Shown here: positions 1-14,911 of the stretch, piece by piece | Layout of the letters: each line of letters begins with the position of its first letter | Numbering within the stretch: the first letter of the stretch is position 1 | DNA from: the human T2T-CHM13v2.0 reference genome, Homo sapiens | DNA length: 64,000 nt | NCBI RefSeq assembly: GCF_009914755.1 | Contig: NC_060927.1 | Direction: 5' to 3' (one strand) | Made by a program: the position numbers and the translations under genes | The notes under the pieces: generated by a model | The model's database searches: none | Told to the model about the DNA's origin: nothing | What the model saw: the letters and a program-made list of their open reading frames with translations, nothing else

Positions 1-433
1 TGTTGGCTCAGTGATTTTTTGGTTACAGAATAAAAACTAAAAGTCACCAGATATCCAGAAGACAACTCAACTTGTGTTTCTTTTGTTTAGAAATCTTAGA
101 CTGATTGAGTCAGAGAAGCAGGAGTCCACTGTTGTGCTTCATGTTAGGGGAATGAGTGTGGCGAGGTGGAAGAGGCAGGTTATTCTACAGAGAAAGAGAA
201 AAGAAACCTAAGGAGAGAAAGAGTTTGGGCGACTAGCCCAAGACTGAGAAGTAGAATGGTGAGTTGTGGATCCCTGGGATAGCATCGCACAGATCCCAGC
301 TCTAGGTGACCTCCCACAGGGAATGCGAATGAACACTATGGGAGGGGAAGCACAAGTGAAACAGAGATAAAGCGATCAACAAGATGACCTCTGAAGACTC
401 TTTCTGGACACCATTAAATATTAGACTGTAAGC

Positions 434-740
434 AGCCAGGCATGGTGGCTCACACCTGTGATCCCATTACATTGGGAGGCCAAGCGGAGGATCACTTGAA
501 GCCATGAGTTGGAGCAGCAGCCTGGGCGACATAGTGAGACTTTGTCTCTACAAAAAATAAATAGCTGGTGTGGTGGTGCGCACCTGTAATCTGAGCTATT
601 CAGGAGGCTGAGGTGGAAGGATCACTTGAGCCCAGGATTTGGAGGCTATAGTCAGCTATGATTGTGTTATTCATTATACTCGAGCCTGGGTGACAGAGCA
701 AGAACCTGTCTCTAAAAATTTTATAAAATAAAAATAAAAA
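434..740 (+). mobile_element. Alu (AluJ-like)
   Basis: Dimeric Alu with J-type ggatcacttgagcccagga in the right arm; A-rich tail. Confidence 0.9.
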
Positions 741-761
741 ATTTGCTCTCTCTCGAGGGTG

Positions 762-790
762 GGAGAGAGAGAGAGAGAGAGCGAGCGAGC
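762..790. repeat. (GA)n microsatellite
   Basis: gagagagagagagagaga gcgagcgagc. Confidence 0.85.
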
Positions 791-2018
791 ACCTCTAGAG
801 AGAGCAAGCAATAATTTCTTTTTATTTTCCTGCTGGTAAACTGTACTCCTAGCACCTAGAACTATAGTGCCTGGCAAATAGTAGGCACTAAGTAAAAATG
901 TATTTAATGATTGAATATGAAGTATGTTAATGACATGAAGGAGGAAAGTTCAAGTAAGATGAGAAAAAGGAGAGGTCAGGATGACTGAGGTTTCATAAGT
1001 GGGAGAAAAAGCATTATCACCAATAAAAATGTAAGTTAAATGGCTGGCTGAGCTGGAAGCCTAAAGAGTTTAGCTTTACATTGGGAACTGATAAACACAT
1101 GTTGAACTGAATGTTCAGCAGGCAATTGGAGATACAAGACTAAGACTTAAGAAAGTAGTCAGAGCTAGGAATAGAAGACTCGCTAGTCCCTCAATGGAAG
1201 TTGGGTAATGAATCCTTGAGAGATCTCAGATACAGAGTAAGTGTTGGAGGTAGGCGGTACTGAACTGGAAGGGACATGCACCTTTTCTGAAGTGATGTTC
1301 AAATGAACCTGTGAATAATCCTGGGGTTAAGTAAAATTTAGGAACAACTTCCAAATCTTTAGTATTGGTGTGTTACTGTTTTTCAGCCTGTGGATTAGAG
1401 TTTTGTCTGAGACATTGTCAGTAAGCAGGACTCTTCACTATCAAGGGCCCAGGAAGATTCAAAATATTCAACTTTGTAATCTATAGCCAGTAAAATCTTT
1501 TATCGCTTATACAAAATATTGTGGGTCCAAAGTCCAGGACCCATTTGATTTTGTTAAAATGCATTAATTTATTATGTGATAAGCAGAGACATACAATTAA
1601 ATTCTGCTTACATCCTTCCCTTTCTCCAAAGAGCACAAATTATATGTGTTCTTTTTTAGTCCTTAGGTAAGGATTCATAAGACCCTTCATTTTTGGGGAT
1701 AATAAAAAATTATAATGATGATTGAAGTTATCAGTATTTACCACTTTTGAAGCATTGCAGATAGCTGTTTGGATGGTCAGTATATCACCATATGGTTAAC
1801 ATACTCGTCACAAGTAACAGTCACTGCCATTAATGAACAGGATTTGGAAAACTTTTGCTAACATGGCACTTTTGAGTACAAAAAGTAAATTAAAAGGTTT
1901 ACAAGAAGATATAGTAAAAACAAACAAAAACTGTAGTAAAACAGATTAGTAGTCAAAATCACTGGGAAAAAATCGCCAATTTAAATCTTTCTTTATACTT
2001 CTATTTCAGATGTTCACA

Positions 2019-2374
2019 AGTCTTAGTTTGTGTTACTACAGCAAAGTACCATAGATTTTGCGTGGCTTGGAAACTGTGGATATTCATTTTTTAGTTCCAG
2101 AGGCTGGAAGTCTGAGATCATGGCTGAGCTCTGCTGAAGATCCTCTTCCAGGCTGCAGACTGCCATCTTCTTGTCGCATCCTCACACAATAGAAGGAGTT
2201 TGAGAGAGATCTTTGGGGCCCTTTTTATAAGGGCATTATTCTCATTCATGAGTGCTCCACCCTCATGACCTAATTACCTCCCAAAGGGCCCACTTCCTAA
2301 TACCATCATGGGAACGAATGAAAGGTTAGGATTTCAATGTATGAATTTTTGGGGAACGCATTCAGTTCATCGCA
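2019..2374 (-). mobile_element. MaLR solo LTR (MLT1A-like)
   Basis: gaggctggaagtctgagatca, cttttataagggc, ccctcatgacctaattacctcccaaagg and ggatttcaa.tatgaatt motifs typical of MLT1 reverse strand. Confidence 0.8.
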
Positions 2375-4322
2375 AGATGTTCCCTGTATGTATGGCTCTT
2401 TAATTATTAATGCTGTTTCTCTTGTATTCATAATGTTCTGTAGTATAATAAACAGTTCCCCATAAGAAGCAGAAATGAAGAACTGAAGTACTGGTTTTGC
2501 ATGCTCCTAGGGAGCTGCTAAACATATTTTTCCTATGAGCCTGATGCCATTAGTTACTGCTTCTGCCACTACAGTTACCTTAAAAATTGGATTCATCCCC
2601 GAAGAGTGAGTGAAAGAGATCATTGACTCAGCTAGGAGGAATGATGCCTGTGGTCCTGAAGAAAGTTTTCAGTAATCTACATTCTACATATCCCTGAAGA
2701 AAACATCATGGTGTTTGAGAACCAGAACTGAAACAATGGGAACTGGAAATGACTGCAATTCCATTTCAGTTGACAGCTTGATACTCATTCACAAAAGGCT
2801 AATTAAGGCTTCACAGGATTCACATTAAATTTATTATGGCTATAAATGTTTTCCTGGAATGTCACATTGTAGAATAATAGGTATTAATTTTTCTTATTTC
2901 TTGAACAGAAAGGCACTATGTCCCCGTTTTGACACATATTAGCTCTAGATCCTTGAACAAATTATGAAACTTCTCTGAGTCTTCAATTCCTCATCTGGAA
3001 AATGGGGATAATGATAGCCCTCAGGGTTGATGTGTGTAATAAACAATATAATCTATAGAAAATCTCCTAGCATCTAGAGGGATATAGCAAATATGAACTC
3101 ACATGTGAGGTTTTTTTTTTTTTTTTTTCTATTCTCTTGGTGTCACTCCGTTTACTTCCAGGTGTAATGATCAAAAGCTGAGAGAGGGCCCCCAGTGTGC
3201 ATGTGTGGCAATTTCTTGTGTATTCCCCAGCACGAAATTTGTATCCTATTAGTGTCTCAGCTTGACAAGCCACTCTAAGTATCCTTATGATGATGAGAGA
3301 ATCATAAGTTTGGGGGTAGATGAGTTCTTTTAATTCTGAGGATGAGAATAAATAGCCAAAGTACTGTAACTATCAAGATCCTAATGATAATTGCGCACAC
3401 ACCCCTTTACAATATCAGCTGTTGTCACTTCTCAGAAAAATAATTGATCTCCCTTCCCCAACAAGTAAAAGTCAATTTGATGTCTCTAAGCAATTGCATG
3501 TAAAACTTTCTAAGTGTTAAATGTTTTGAAAAAAATTTTTTCAGCTACAAAGTCAATAGGTGCTTATTGTGAAAATCAAGCATTTGGAAATATTTTTACA
3601 AACATTCACATGAAGTTGCTTTAAGTCCAGCTCTGTAAACCCCCCAAAACGAGACAAAGGTGTAAGCTAAAAAGGTTAAGCATAACTAATGAATTAAGTG
3701 TATACCTAAAGTAAAGCTATTTGTAATACTTTGACAGAATTATTAGTTTTGAGACTCTGAAGCAGAAATGAGGAGAAAAGCTCCACAGACATATGGGGTG
3801 AGATACCTCCCTCCTCTCCTGAAAGGGGGGCCCATCAACTCGTACAGTAGTTCAGGCTTCTAGTCCTTCCCATAATCAAATAAGAGCTCTGAGGAAGCTG
3901 CCTTGCCCCAAGTTGCCATTATTTTGTAGATTGCCCCCACACAACTCCAGGAAGAGCTCCCACCATCTCTGAGTCTGTATTGGCAACCGCTCAGCAATTG
4001 GAAGTTTTCCTCCCGTGTTGACCAAGGTAGCTAGGAGTCAACTAAGAGAGCTCTTTTCCACCCCCTACATTGCTACATTGCTTGTTGACTTGAGGCCAAA
4101 ATGTCTTCTAAGGAGAAAAGTTAAGGAACTTTAATTAGGGTCTTGAAATTCAAACCCTAAACAACCTTGTAAATTTGATACCAATCACCAAATTGCTCTC
4201 TAAAAAGGAAGTAGCACTTTACAATTCCATAAACAGTTTTCTGACACCTTTTAACAAAATTGTATCGCATTCATTTTTTTTAGTTTCAGCCAATCTTATT
4301 TCTCATTATTTTTTTAAAGTAG

Positions 4323-4733
<411 letters not shown>

Positions 4734-5261
4734 TAGGGTTTTTTTTTGGTACTGATCCATAGGCATTTTTTTTAACATATTCTGGATATTCTCCCTTTAA
4801 AAAAAATACATTGCAATTATTTTCTGTCAGTTGCCCTATTTACGGTTTCCACTGTACAGATGTTCTACATGTTCAGGAGTTTGGGATGAACTTATCCCCA
4901 GTCCCACCATCCCACCTCCCCTCACCTTCCAGCCTGTGGTAAAAGAGACTGAGCAATGAAGACCCCTGAAACTTTGACAAAACTGGTAGAATATGAGGAT
5001 GTCATCATTTATGAAGCTGCAAATAAGCTTCCTGGTAGACTTGACTTCCTTTTCTGTACAATCACAATACTGGAAAAATCATCACAATGGATATTTACAT
5101 ATGCAAAAATGTAGCTGAGACTCTAGTCTGAAATAGAGATTTTGGAGAAGTATGACTCTGCTTAATGCAACTAAACTGCTTTTTGCTAATGTGATACATT
5201 TTCTACACTGTGGACAGTCATAGCTGTAAGTCAGGATTTATACTGCTTAGGCACTGTGGTG

Positions 5262-5576
<315 letters not shown>

Positions 5577-7477
5577 TACTGTGGCTTATTATTTTTGAAA
5601 TGCACATGTTCTTTAAATAATTGCTTATAGGAGATAAAACTCCAAGACAGCCAGAAGACTGCACTGGCAGGATTTTCTCCTTGAGTTGGAGGAAGGATTG
5701 TATGTAAAAACGATTAGCTTGGTCAAGCTCAGTCATGAGCTAGATGGTGTTTAAAATTGAACTCAATGTTCTCTGACCAATGTGTCAAATTAAAAAAAAA
5801 AAAATTGAACTCGACCTTGAAAACTGTTTTTAAAAAGAAACCTTTTGAACATCATGTACTGTAAAAGAAAAAAAAATTTAAAGTTTTAAAAATTATTCTA
5901 AGAGGATGTTGTAAGAAAGTGGCCTCATGTCACTTTATAGGTAGCTCCAGTCCTGGGGTTCACTTACTATGATCTGATCTGATTGTCTTGCTGAGAGCAC
6001 ACCCTTATGAGTAGGTCTCTCCTACAAGGAGTAGACATTCTTGCCATCAGTCATGGCAGAAAAGGCTGTACTTGGCACAGAACAGGAGAATTTAGAAGGC
6101 AGGCCCTACAATGGGGATGAGGAGGAAATACTTTGGTCTATTCTAGACTGCACATTTAGTGCTGAATGGCCTCCCATGGTAATGTGGGGAACCTGGCCTC
6201 TACCTGTCACTGGTGCGCAGAGGCGACAGTCTATGAAACAATAGCATTTATTTTAAAGAGACTGCACCACCATAATAAAAAAAACAAACCTAGTAAAACA
6301 GGGCCAGCCCTATATGTACACTGCCTGAAAATTATAATTTTAGGGGCCTTTGAAAGACCTTGCATGTCCCAAGAGTCCTCTCCTTCTTTGTGGCTTTTCC
6401 CCTCCCAGCTTATTAGAAGAAATCTTCTACCAAAAGGCCAAATTAAATATACATATATTGGGAGGGTATTTTCTCCAAAACAATGACCAAAAACACTAAC
6501 CCAGAGAGGACTAAAAACTTTTAATTCCATCACCCTACTTAAGCCTTTGTCAGTTTCCACAGGAATATAAAATATTTATATAATAGCAATCATGTGCCCA
6601 TACAATAATATATCTTGAATTTTTAAAAATTAATGTTACACTGATCAAAAGCCCCTCGCATCACAGAGAGTTACATAGCAGTGATATCTCAGAAAGAACA
6701 ATGATTTTGGCCTCAGGTGCTTTCCTTTGAGTCACAGCTCCAATGTAGGCAGCACAGCCCTAGACCACCTGACTCTGTTCCTTCCTTTCTACCATGACTG
6801 GCTTGCAGGGTGAGTGAGAGGAACAGATACAATGCATGGTGGGTGGCTGACTCATGGTGGGCAATGACTGGTAGTTAATATTTTTAGCGTTATTTTTAAA
6901 GTCAACATTTTACTTCCTGAATTGATGGTTTTGGGGGCAAGCACTGTGCCAAGCCTTCTTTACAACAGAGACTGTTTTAATCCTAATCACCCTTCAAGAC
7001 TAGCTGTATTATCTCACTTTACACCTGACAAAAAATGAAGCCCACTGTGGTAATGCCACTTGCCCAAAGTCACACAGCAGGTCAGCAGAAGAGGTAGCTT
7101 TTGAACTAGGTTGGGGTCAACAGTAGTCACTACTGGCCACTACCAAATATGAAATACAAACGTCACCTCAGAACAGCAGATAGCCTCTCTCCTTAGCACA
7201 CTGCTTTGTAGATTCAAGAAGTCCAGAAGGCCAGAGTGGATGAGGTGAAATACAGTTTTAGTTTTTAAGATCATGAACAAGGGGTCAGTGAAGAACCCAG
7301 GAGAAATTAAAAGAGCAAAGTAAACCTCAACACCAATTAGTTCAGATAAATTCCCTAAAACTCTTTCACTATCCTGATGTCTCAAGAGCCACGTTTAAAA
7401 TTACAAAATCTGTGTGGGTTATGTCAAAGGCAATCTGTAGAAAGGGCAAAGAATATGAATTATCTGAACCCATTGAG

Positions 7478-8267
<790 letters not shown>

Positions 8268-9161
8268 CTATGACTTGAATGTTTCTAGACAAGGAATTAT
8301 TTGACAAACACACTTTAAAAAGTATTCAGAGCCATCCAAGTAAGAGGACATTAATAACGTAGGGTTTTGCCTATGGAGAGAAAAGAAAACGCAAACAGCA
8401 CGTTCCACCTTCGTTCTCCCTAAAGTAATTTATCTCCTTCAAAAGATAAAAAGTACGAACACATTTGCCCTTGAAGGGCAGAGCCCCGGAATTCAGGAGC
8501 TCTCTGAACACTCCTCCCCTTCTGATAGGGACCAAACCTTCTGCTGAGCCTTGTGTCACAGTCAGTCCGCGGCGCCACAAGCCTCAGTGTTTACTTCTGC
8601 CGCCTGCCAGCCGGGCGGGGAAGGGGAGTACCCGGCCACCCCTCACTTTAGCTCCTGCAGCTTTCCAAACAAACCAGGGCGGGATGGGAGTGTCTTCTTG
8701 GCTGTGGAAATCGATCCTCCTACCTTGTCCTGAAGCCACCCGCCGCCTTTCCTCGTCCCTCCCTTCGCGGTGATTTTCCGGTCCCGGCGCCCGGCGAGGG
8801 CGCGCGGCTGGTGTCCGCCCCGCCCGAAAGGTAGGGGTTCGGCTGTGCTCCCGCCTGGTCCCCAACGCCTCACCCTCCGGGAGACCCGCAGCCTCCCACC
8901 ACTTTGCACCTTCCTCCTCGAATTTGGGGGCGGCCACCGTGCAACTGGCGCCAGCCGCGGAGCAGGAGGAGCTTCCCGCGACTCCGGAGGCGCTCGGCGC
9001 AGTCGCCCGGGATTGGGGCTGGCGGGAGCCTGAGACTCCGGGCAGGGCTGCTCCCTCCTCTGCTCCCCCGCCAGATCCGCGGGGAAGGAATCGTGCCCGC
9101 GCCGCCCCTGGCCCGCGCCACCTTCCTTTGGTTTCTGCCGGCCTCGGGCTTCTGCGGCCCG

Positions 9162-9309
9162 ATGTGGCAGGCGCCGCGAGAGAGGCAGCAGCCGGCTGGA
9201 GCAGCGGCCCCTCAGGTCTCGGAGCCCGGTGCGCCTCTGCGGTCGTCGCTCCTGGGCCTCGGCGGGTCACTCTTGCCGGCCGGCTTCGCTGCGGGTTTGC
9301 ACTGCCCGG
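9162..9309 (+). CDS. ST3GAL6: Alternative first-exon coding part giving a 53-aa N-terminal extension (MWQAPRERQQ...[13 protein letters not shown])
   Basis: ATG at 9162, open to donor CGG|gtgagg (9309/9310), phase 1; joins exon 44701 as G|GT GAG CCA GCC ATG. 331+53=384 aa agrees with my recollection of a long ST3GAL6 isoform (not verified). Confidence 0.7.
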
Positions 9310-9834
9310 GTGAGGGAAATTGGGGGTGCGGGAAGACCGGTCTGGGCCGGGGTCCGGGCGGCCTGGGGTCTGTGCTGCCCCGACCCTCCGGCTTTGCAGC
9401 CTCTGAGGCTCAGGGTTGGGGGTGGGGACACGGAGCGCTGTTTGCCCCTCCACATATCCTGCCAGCACCAAGGAGGTGGCGTGCGGAGGCGTAAAGGGAC
9501 CATGGGCGCTGGGACCCGCGAGCCAGCCGGCGTGCGCCGCAGCCACCGCCGAGAGGGCACCCGGGGATCCTGGAGCCCCAGTGAAGGGCGGGAGGGACGC
9601 GCAGCCTCGCGGGTAAGCCCAGGAGCCGTGGGGGCCGAGATAATCTGCTCTGGGACCCTCTTTTGTCGAATCGCCGGCGAGGTTGTGCAATTGGGAAGCC
9701 AAGAGGAGTGTCCAGCTCCTCGTTCACTATTGTTTTCTTGTAAAAGGGTCTGTACGCGAGGAGGGTTGAGGGGTCTGGAAGGTTCTGGTCTCTTACCGTA
9801 TAAAGTTTTTCGAGAAACCCTTTTTCCCTCCACA

Positions 9835-9889
9835 ATGGAACTAGACCTAACAAAACAAGCTCCGAGGCAGTTTAGGAGAAAGGAGGACG
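9835..9889 (+). CDS. ST3GAL6: Candidate alternative first-exon coding part giving a 22-aa extension (MELDLTKQAPRQFRRKED-GEPA)
   Basis: Strong Kozak acaATGG at 9835; strong donor ACG|gtgagt at 9890; phase 1, in frame with ATG 44712. Confidence 0.5.
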
Positions 9890-12800
9890 GTGAGTAAATT
9901 GCAGTGTTTGGGCTGCTGTTAATTTTCAAGATAAGGGAGAAGCAACTTGTCATTTTGAGGCCGCCGGCTCCGGAGATCCCGGCAATCTCAAGCCTCTTTC
10001 TTGTGTGCTGTTATTTTGGCTTAAAAGAAAACCTATAAAAAGCGACGCCCAGAAACCAAAAACAAACCCAAAGCACCTTCTTTTAGGATTTTTCAGTAGC
10101 GAGGGTGGGCGGGGACAGTGGGGAGGAGCAGGAGGGGGAGAAGAGGTTGCTGTTGAAAGGTAATGTTTAAAAACAGTGTGTGGGGGTAGGGATGAAAATA
10201 ACGTGGTGACTGCTAGTGTATCAGAAATCACACCGAGTCTAAAGTCGTAAGTCCCATTTGCCTTACGAGGACCAGCTGGGTGCTGTGAGTAGGTGGATAG
10301 TTAAGGAAACTGTAGATCTGCTGAAAGCTCCTCGTGGTCTGTGGTCTCGTGTCCACGCTGACCTTTGAACCTCGTAACTCTTCGGGTCTCCAGCGGCCAC
10401 CTCTTTTAGGCTAGCCCGAATGTTTGACTTTCCGGTCCTCAATCTTCCTCACCTAGCTGCAGACCATAAAACTGTCTTTTTATTTACAGGGAGATGTTAA
10501 ATATTTGGGAACATCTGCTCAGGCTGCCAGGTTATTTTCCGTTTGAAAGCATGCCGATTTGACATTTGCAAGTTGGTTTATGTTGCTTCCTTTTTGTTTC
10601 ACTAAGAACGCTTTTCATACCAAGATCTGCGAAAAACGATGCCCTTAGACTGTTATTTAGTTTATTGTCTCTGAGTAAGGCCAAATTCCACAGAGGGTCT
10701 TTGGATAATGGCAACTTTGCTTATAAGAAGATAATTTTTCTAGAAAGTGTTGCATTGGTCTGGTTTCCTAAGCTGTTCTTGTGGTCATGTAGATTGGGAG
10801 GGGAGATCTTCATTCCTTGTGATGTCGCTTTCCTTGAATTGTATTTTTACTATAGTTCCACAATGTCTCAGTCCCAGATTGCACCATATGTTGTTTACAT
10901 GGTGCAGTAAAATGGGACTGCAATTTTGACTACATTTCAGTAGATTTGTTGGAGATAGTTTGTTCTTATGCCCTATATCAATAATAATAATAAAAAACCT
11001 TTGAGGCTCAAGAATAGACAGTATTGACAGAATAATACCATTAAGAGACATACCATTTAAAAACATTAGTCTGTCTCCTGTGAAATTGTAAATCGTAGGT
11101 GTTCTCATTCAGTGGCAGACGACTGGATTTCACAGCAGTTTTCTTCTGTTGGAGACATTTCTGTGTTCCACATCATGTGGAACCTTATGGGAGAAGACGT
11201 GAGTAATGCCATGTTTCCCGCATTTCCCTGATAAGCATCATCTGCTAACCATGCAGACTGCCAGATGGCTTCCATGGAAATTGTGCTTCCATCCAGGAGT
11301 GGTGACCAGAGATCTGTTTAGTATGCATTTTAGGTGATGCTTATTGAGAAGGTGAAGGAAGCATGGAACTCCTATTTGGCACCCACTCTGATTTTTGGTG
11401 TGTTTTCATATGCTATTTTATTTAATCTTCCTGACAAAACTCCTGCAAGAAAGGAATTTTTAGCCCCATTTTATAGCTTAAAAAACCAAGATTGCCTTAG
11501 GTTGAGTTGCAGTGGCTCACATAAAGGTTTGACTCTACCTCTGCCTACACCATCCCAGGAATCCTCTGCAGTATACATTCTGCACAAATTCTTCCATTTC
11601 CTGTGCATATCTTTCTCCTTTGCCTGGCATATCCTCCATTTATATATACCTTGGTCTGAATATGCCTTTCTAGTTATCCCCAGGCTGGGCTTTTTGAATA
11701 GGTGGTCTGCGTACTTTGCCTTCCTTGTGACAGCTTTAGACTTTCACCAGCCAGGAACCTTCTATCTTCTGCACATCTCTGATGTGTCACTTAGGTGATC
11801 AGGGTCTGGCGAAATCTAGGAGTTTATGCTGTCTTCAATGGGCATATTCCAAAAGTTCTTTCCTTTCTGAATACATTTTCACTGAAGCTCCTACTCAAGC
11901 TATATGTTACCTGGAAGAGGTTTTCCCAGGGTTACATCCCCACCCTCACAGTTGAAATGAAACATTCTCTCCTGTCTGTCCCAACTGTGATGGATAATAG
12001 CACACATCACACATCACAGTTTCCAATTTAACCCTTAGGGGTTAAAATGGATTTTGATTTGGAGTGAGCTTGATGCATGGAATAGAATGTATACATTGGA
12101 TATTATAGTGTTTTGGTATTTTATTTACAATTCCATATCAGGATGTCAGAAACACAATTCCCTCACCATTGTGGGATAGCTGGAGTTCTTTCCCCTGATG
12201 GTGACACCTCAGCACTGAATCAGCTGCAGTGTCTCAGACTTGGTCAGGAACTTGACTGTCGTATAATCAGGCTAAGAAGTGCTGAGATTCTGGCAGTGAG
12301 GTTATGAAAGTAAAAGATAACAGGATCAGTAAGACCTGGTTTTCTTCCTTGTGCCCATGTTTGTTTTTCTTGGAGAGCTTTTGGTCATCTAGGAGGATTG
12401 TCCAGTTTACCTTTTTACTGCCACAAACTTTTGTATCTGACCAGGGGCCTTCCTCTTCCTGCACCATTGAGATAGAGGGAAAGGAAAGCACCTAGCCCTT
12501 AGGAGATTTTCTTAAAAACATTGGAAAGCTGAGTGAAAAGTTATCTTCTCCCCCATTCTCTCTTTCCCCTTCTTATATGCTTAGCCTAAGACAAAGTATA
12601 CAGATAGCATCATTGCATACTTTGCAATGTATTTAGTGCTAGGCTTTGAAAGATGGTTTAAACATTGATTTACTTTTTATTTGGTTGGGAATGGAAAGAT
12701 CTTTAGGACATGATGAGAACAAGGCCCCCAGAAGAGGAGACGGCAAGGAAGCTGGAGATTCCTCCAGAGGTGGGAGGGTTATTCTCACCTTCCACAGGTT

Positions 12801-13342
12801 GTGGAAGCAGGCCTGGAGTTGTTATGGCTGTGGGTCAGAGTCACTATGCTGAAAGATGGGGGCAACAAGGGAGCAGAAAGTGTTTTTTTCAGTGGACTTT
12901 GGGTGATATTCCATGTGGTCATCCATGAGATGGGACTTCCCTAATGGTCAACCAACATTCACTGAGTGTCCACCATGTAACAAGAGATGTTCTTGTGGGT
13001 GGGGTTGGGAGCGTGCCGTGTTGGACACAGCAAAGCCCCTGCTCTTACAGAGCTTATGTTTTATGGGGGGCAGAGTCAAAAAATGAGTTACAAATACATG
13101 AGGCATGAGTGAATTTGGGTTGTTTGAGAAACAGAAGGTGCAGTGTGAGAAGAGAGTGGTTAAGACAATATGTAGTTAAAGAAGAGTGCAAAAGACGGAG
13201 TGGGAGGAGATGTAGTCAGTAAGATAGGAAGGCAGATTTTGTGGAGTTTGAATCGTATTCTAGTTAGAATTGGCATGCCTGGAGATTTTTGATGAGAGCC
13301 TAATTCAGTCTTCACCCAGTCATGATAGGCTTTCCTGTCTCT

Positions 13343-13643
13343 TCTTTTTCTTTCTTTTTGAGGTGGAGTCTTGCTCTGTCACCCAGGCTGGAGTGCAGTG
13401 GCTCGATCTCCGCTCACTAAAACCTCTGCCTCCTGAATTTAAGTGATTCTCCTGTCTCAGCCTCCCAAGTAGCTGGGATTACAGGCATGCACCACCACAC
13501 CTGGCTATTTTCTGTATTTTTTTTGTAGAGATGGGGTTTCGCCATGTTGGCCAAGCTGGTCTTGAACTCCTGAATTCAGGTGATCCGCCCACTTCGGCCT
13601 CCTAAAGTGTTGGGATTACAGGCGTGAGCCACCACACGCGGCC
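13343..13643 (-). mobile_element. Alu (AluS-like)
   Basis: TSD ttcctgtctct at 13332-13342 and 13646-13656. Confidence 0.95.
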
Positions 13644-14188
13644 CCTTCCTGTCTCTCTGTCTCTCTTTCTCTCTCTCACACACATAAACACACAAATTTC
13701 TACCCTTAGTTGCCTTTTTTTCTTTCTACTAATTTACCATAACTGATTTCCCCTCTCTTTTCCCTAGGGCAGAGCACAGGAATATCACAAAGACAGGCAG
13801 AGCTCAGAGACGCCTATACAGTATTCCTTTTATCCTCTTGTCCTTTGATTTCAAGATGTCTCATCATCACCACTCTATTAGTATCTAGGGAGACTTGGCA
13901 CAATTTTTAGATAGAAAATTATTTTTGAGATTCTTTGGCCCATTGTTAACTCACATACTTAACTAACATACAAAACAACTAAATTATGGCTTTTCTGATT
14001 AACACAGTGGCATAAAACCTGAAACCTCAGGAGACCTATCTCACATTCAATGATATCCAAAGGCTGAAAGTAAAGGGATGGAGAAAAGTCTGGCAAGCAA
14101 ATGGAAAACAGAAAAAAGCAGGGGTTGCTATTCTAATTTTAGACAAAACAGACTTTAAACCAACAAAAACCACAAAAGACAAAGATAG

Positions 14189-14911
<723 letters not shown>

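Larger units (their letters stand above)
8565..10440. promoter_or_regulatory. CpG island, bidirectional promoter of ST3GAL6 and the divergent transcript
   Basis: Abrupt rise in GC and CpG density (core ~8565-9720); GC boxes GGGCGG near 8612, 8677, 9586 and 10107; several + strand splice donors and one good - strand donor inside it. Confidence 0.92.

Noticed and set aside
2440-2770. Coding-looking unique stretch (also ~4960-5200) as a pseudogene or lncRNA exon
   Set aside because: No recognisable protein and frequent stops; cannot be assigned without a BLAST or Dfam search
8584-9702. 372-aa - strand ORF and other long overlapping ORFs in the CpG island
   Set aside because: Low-complexity Pro/Arg/Gly/Ala translations in all frames reflect GC-rich, stop-poor DNA; no domain is recognisable. 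Only the segments that splice in frame to ST3GAL6 were kept
10490-10530. 41-nt cryptic exon (tttatttacag| ... CAG|gttatt)
   Set aside because: Good acceptor but weak donor; no other support
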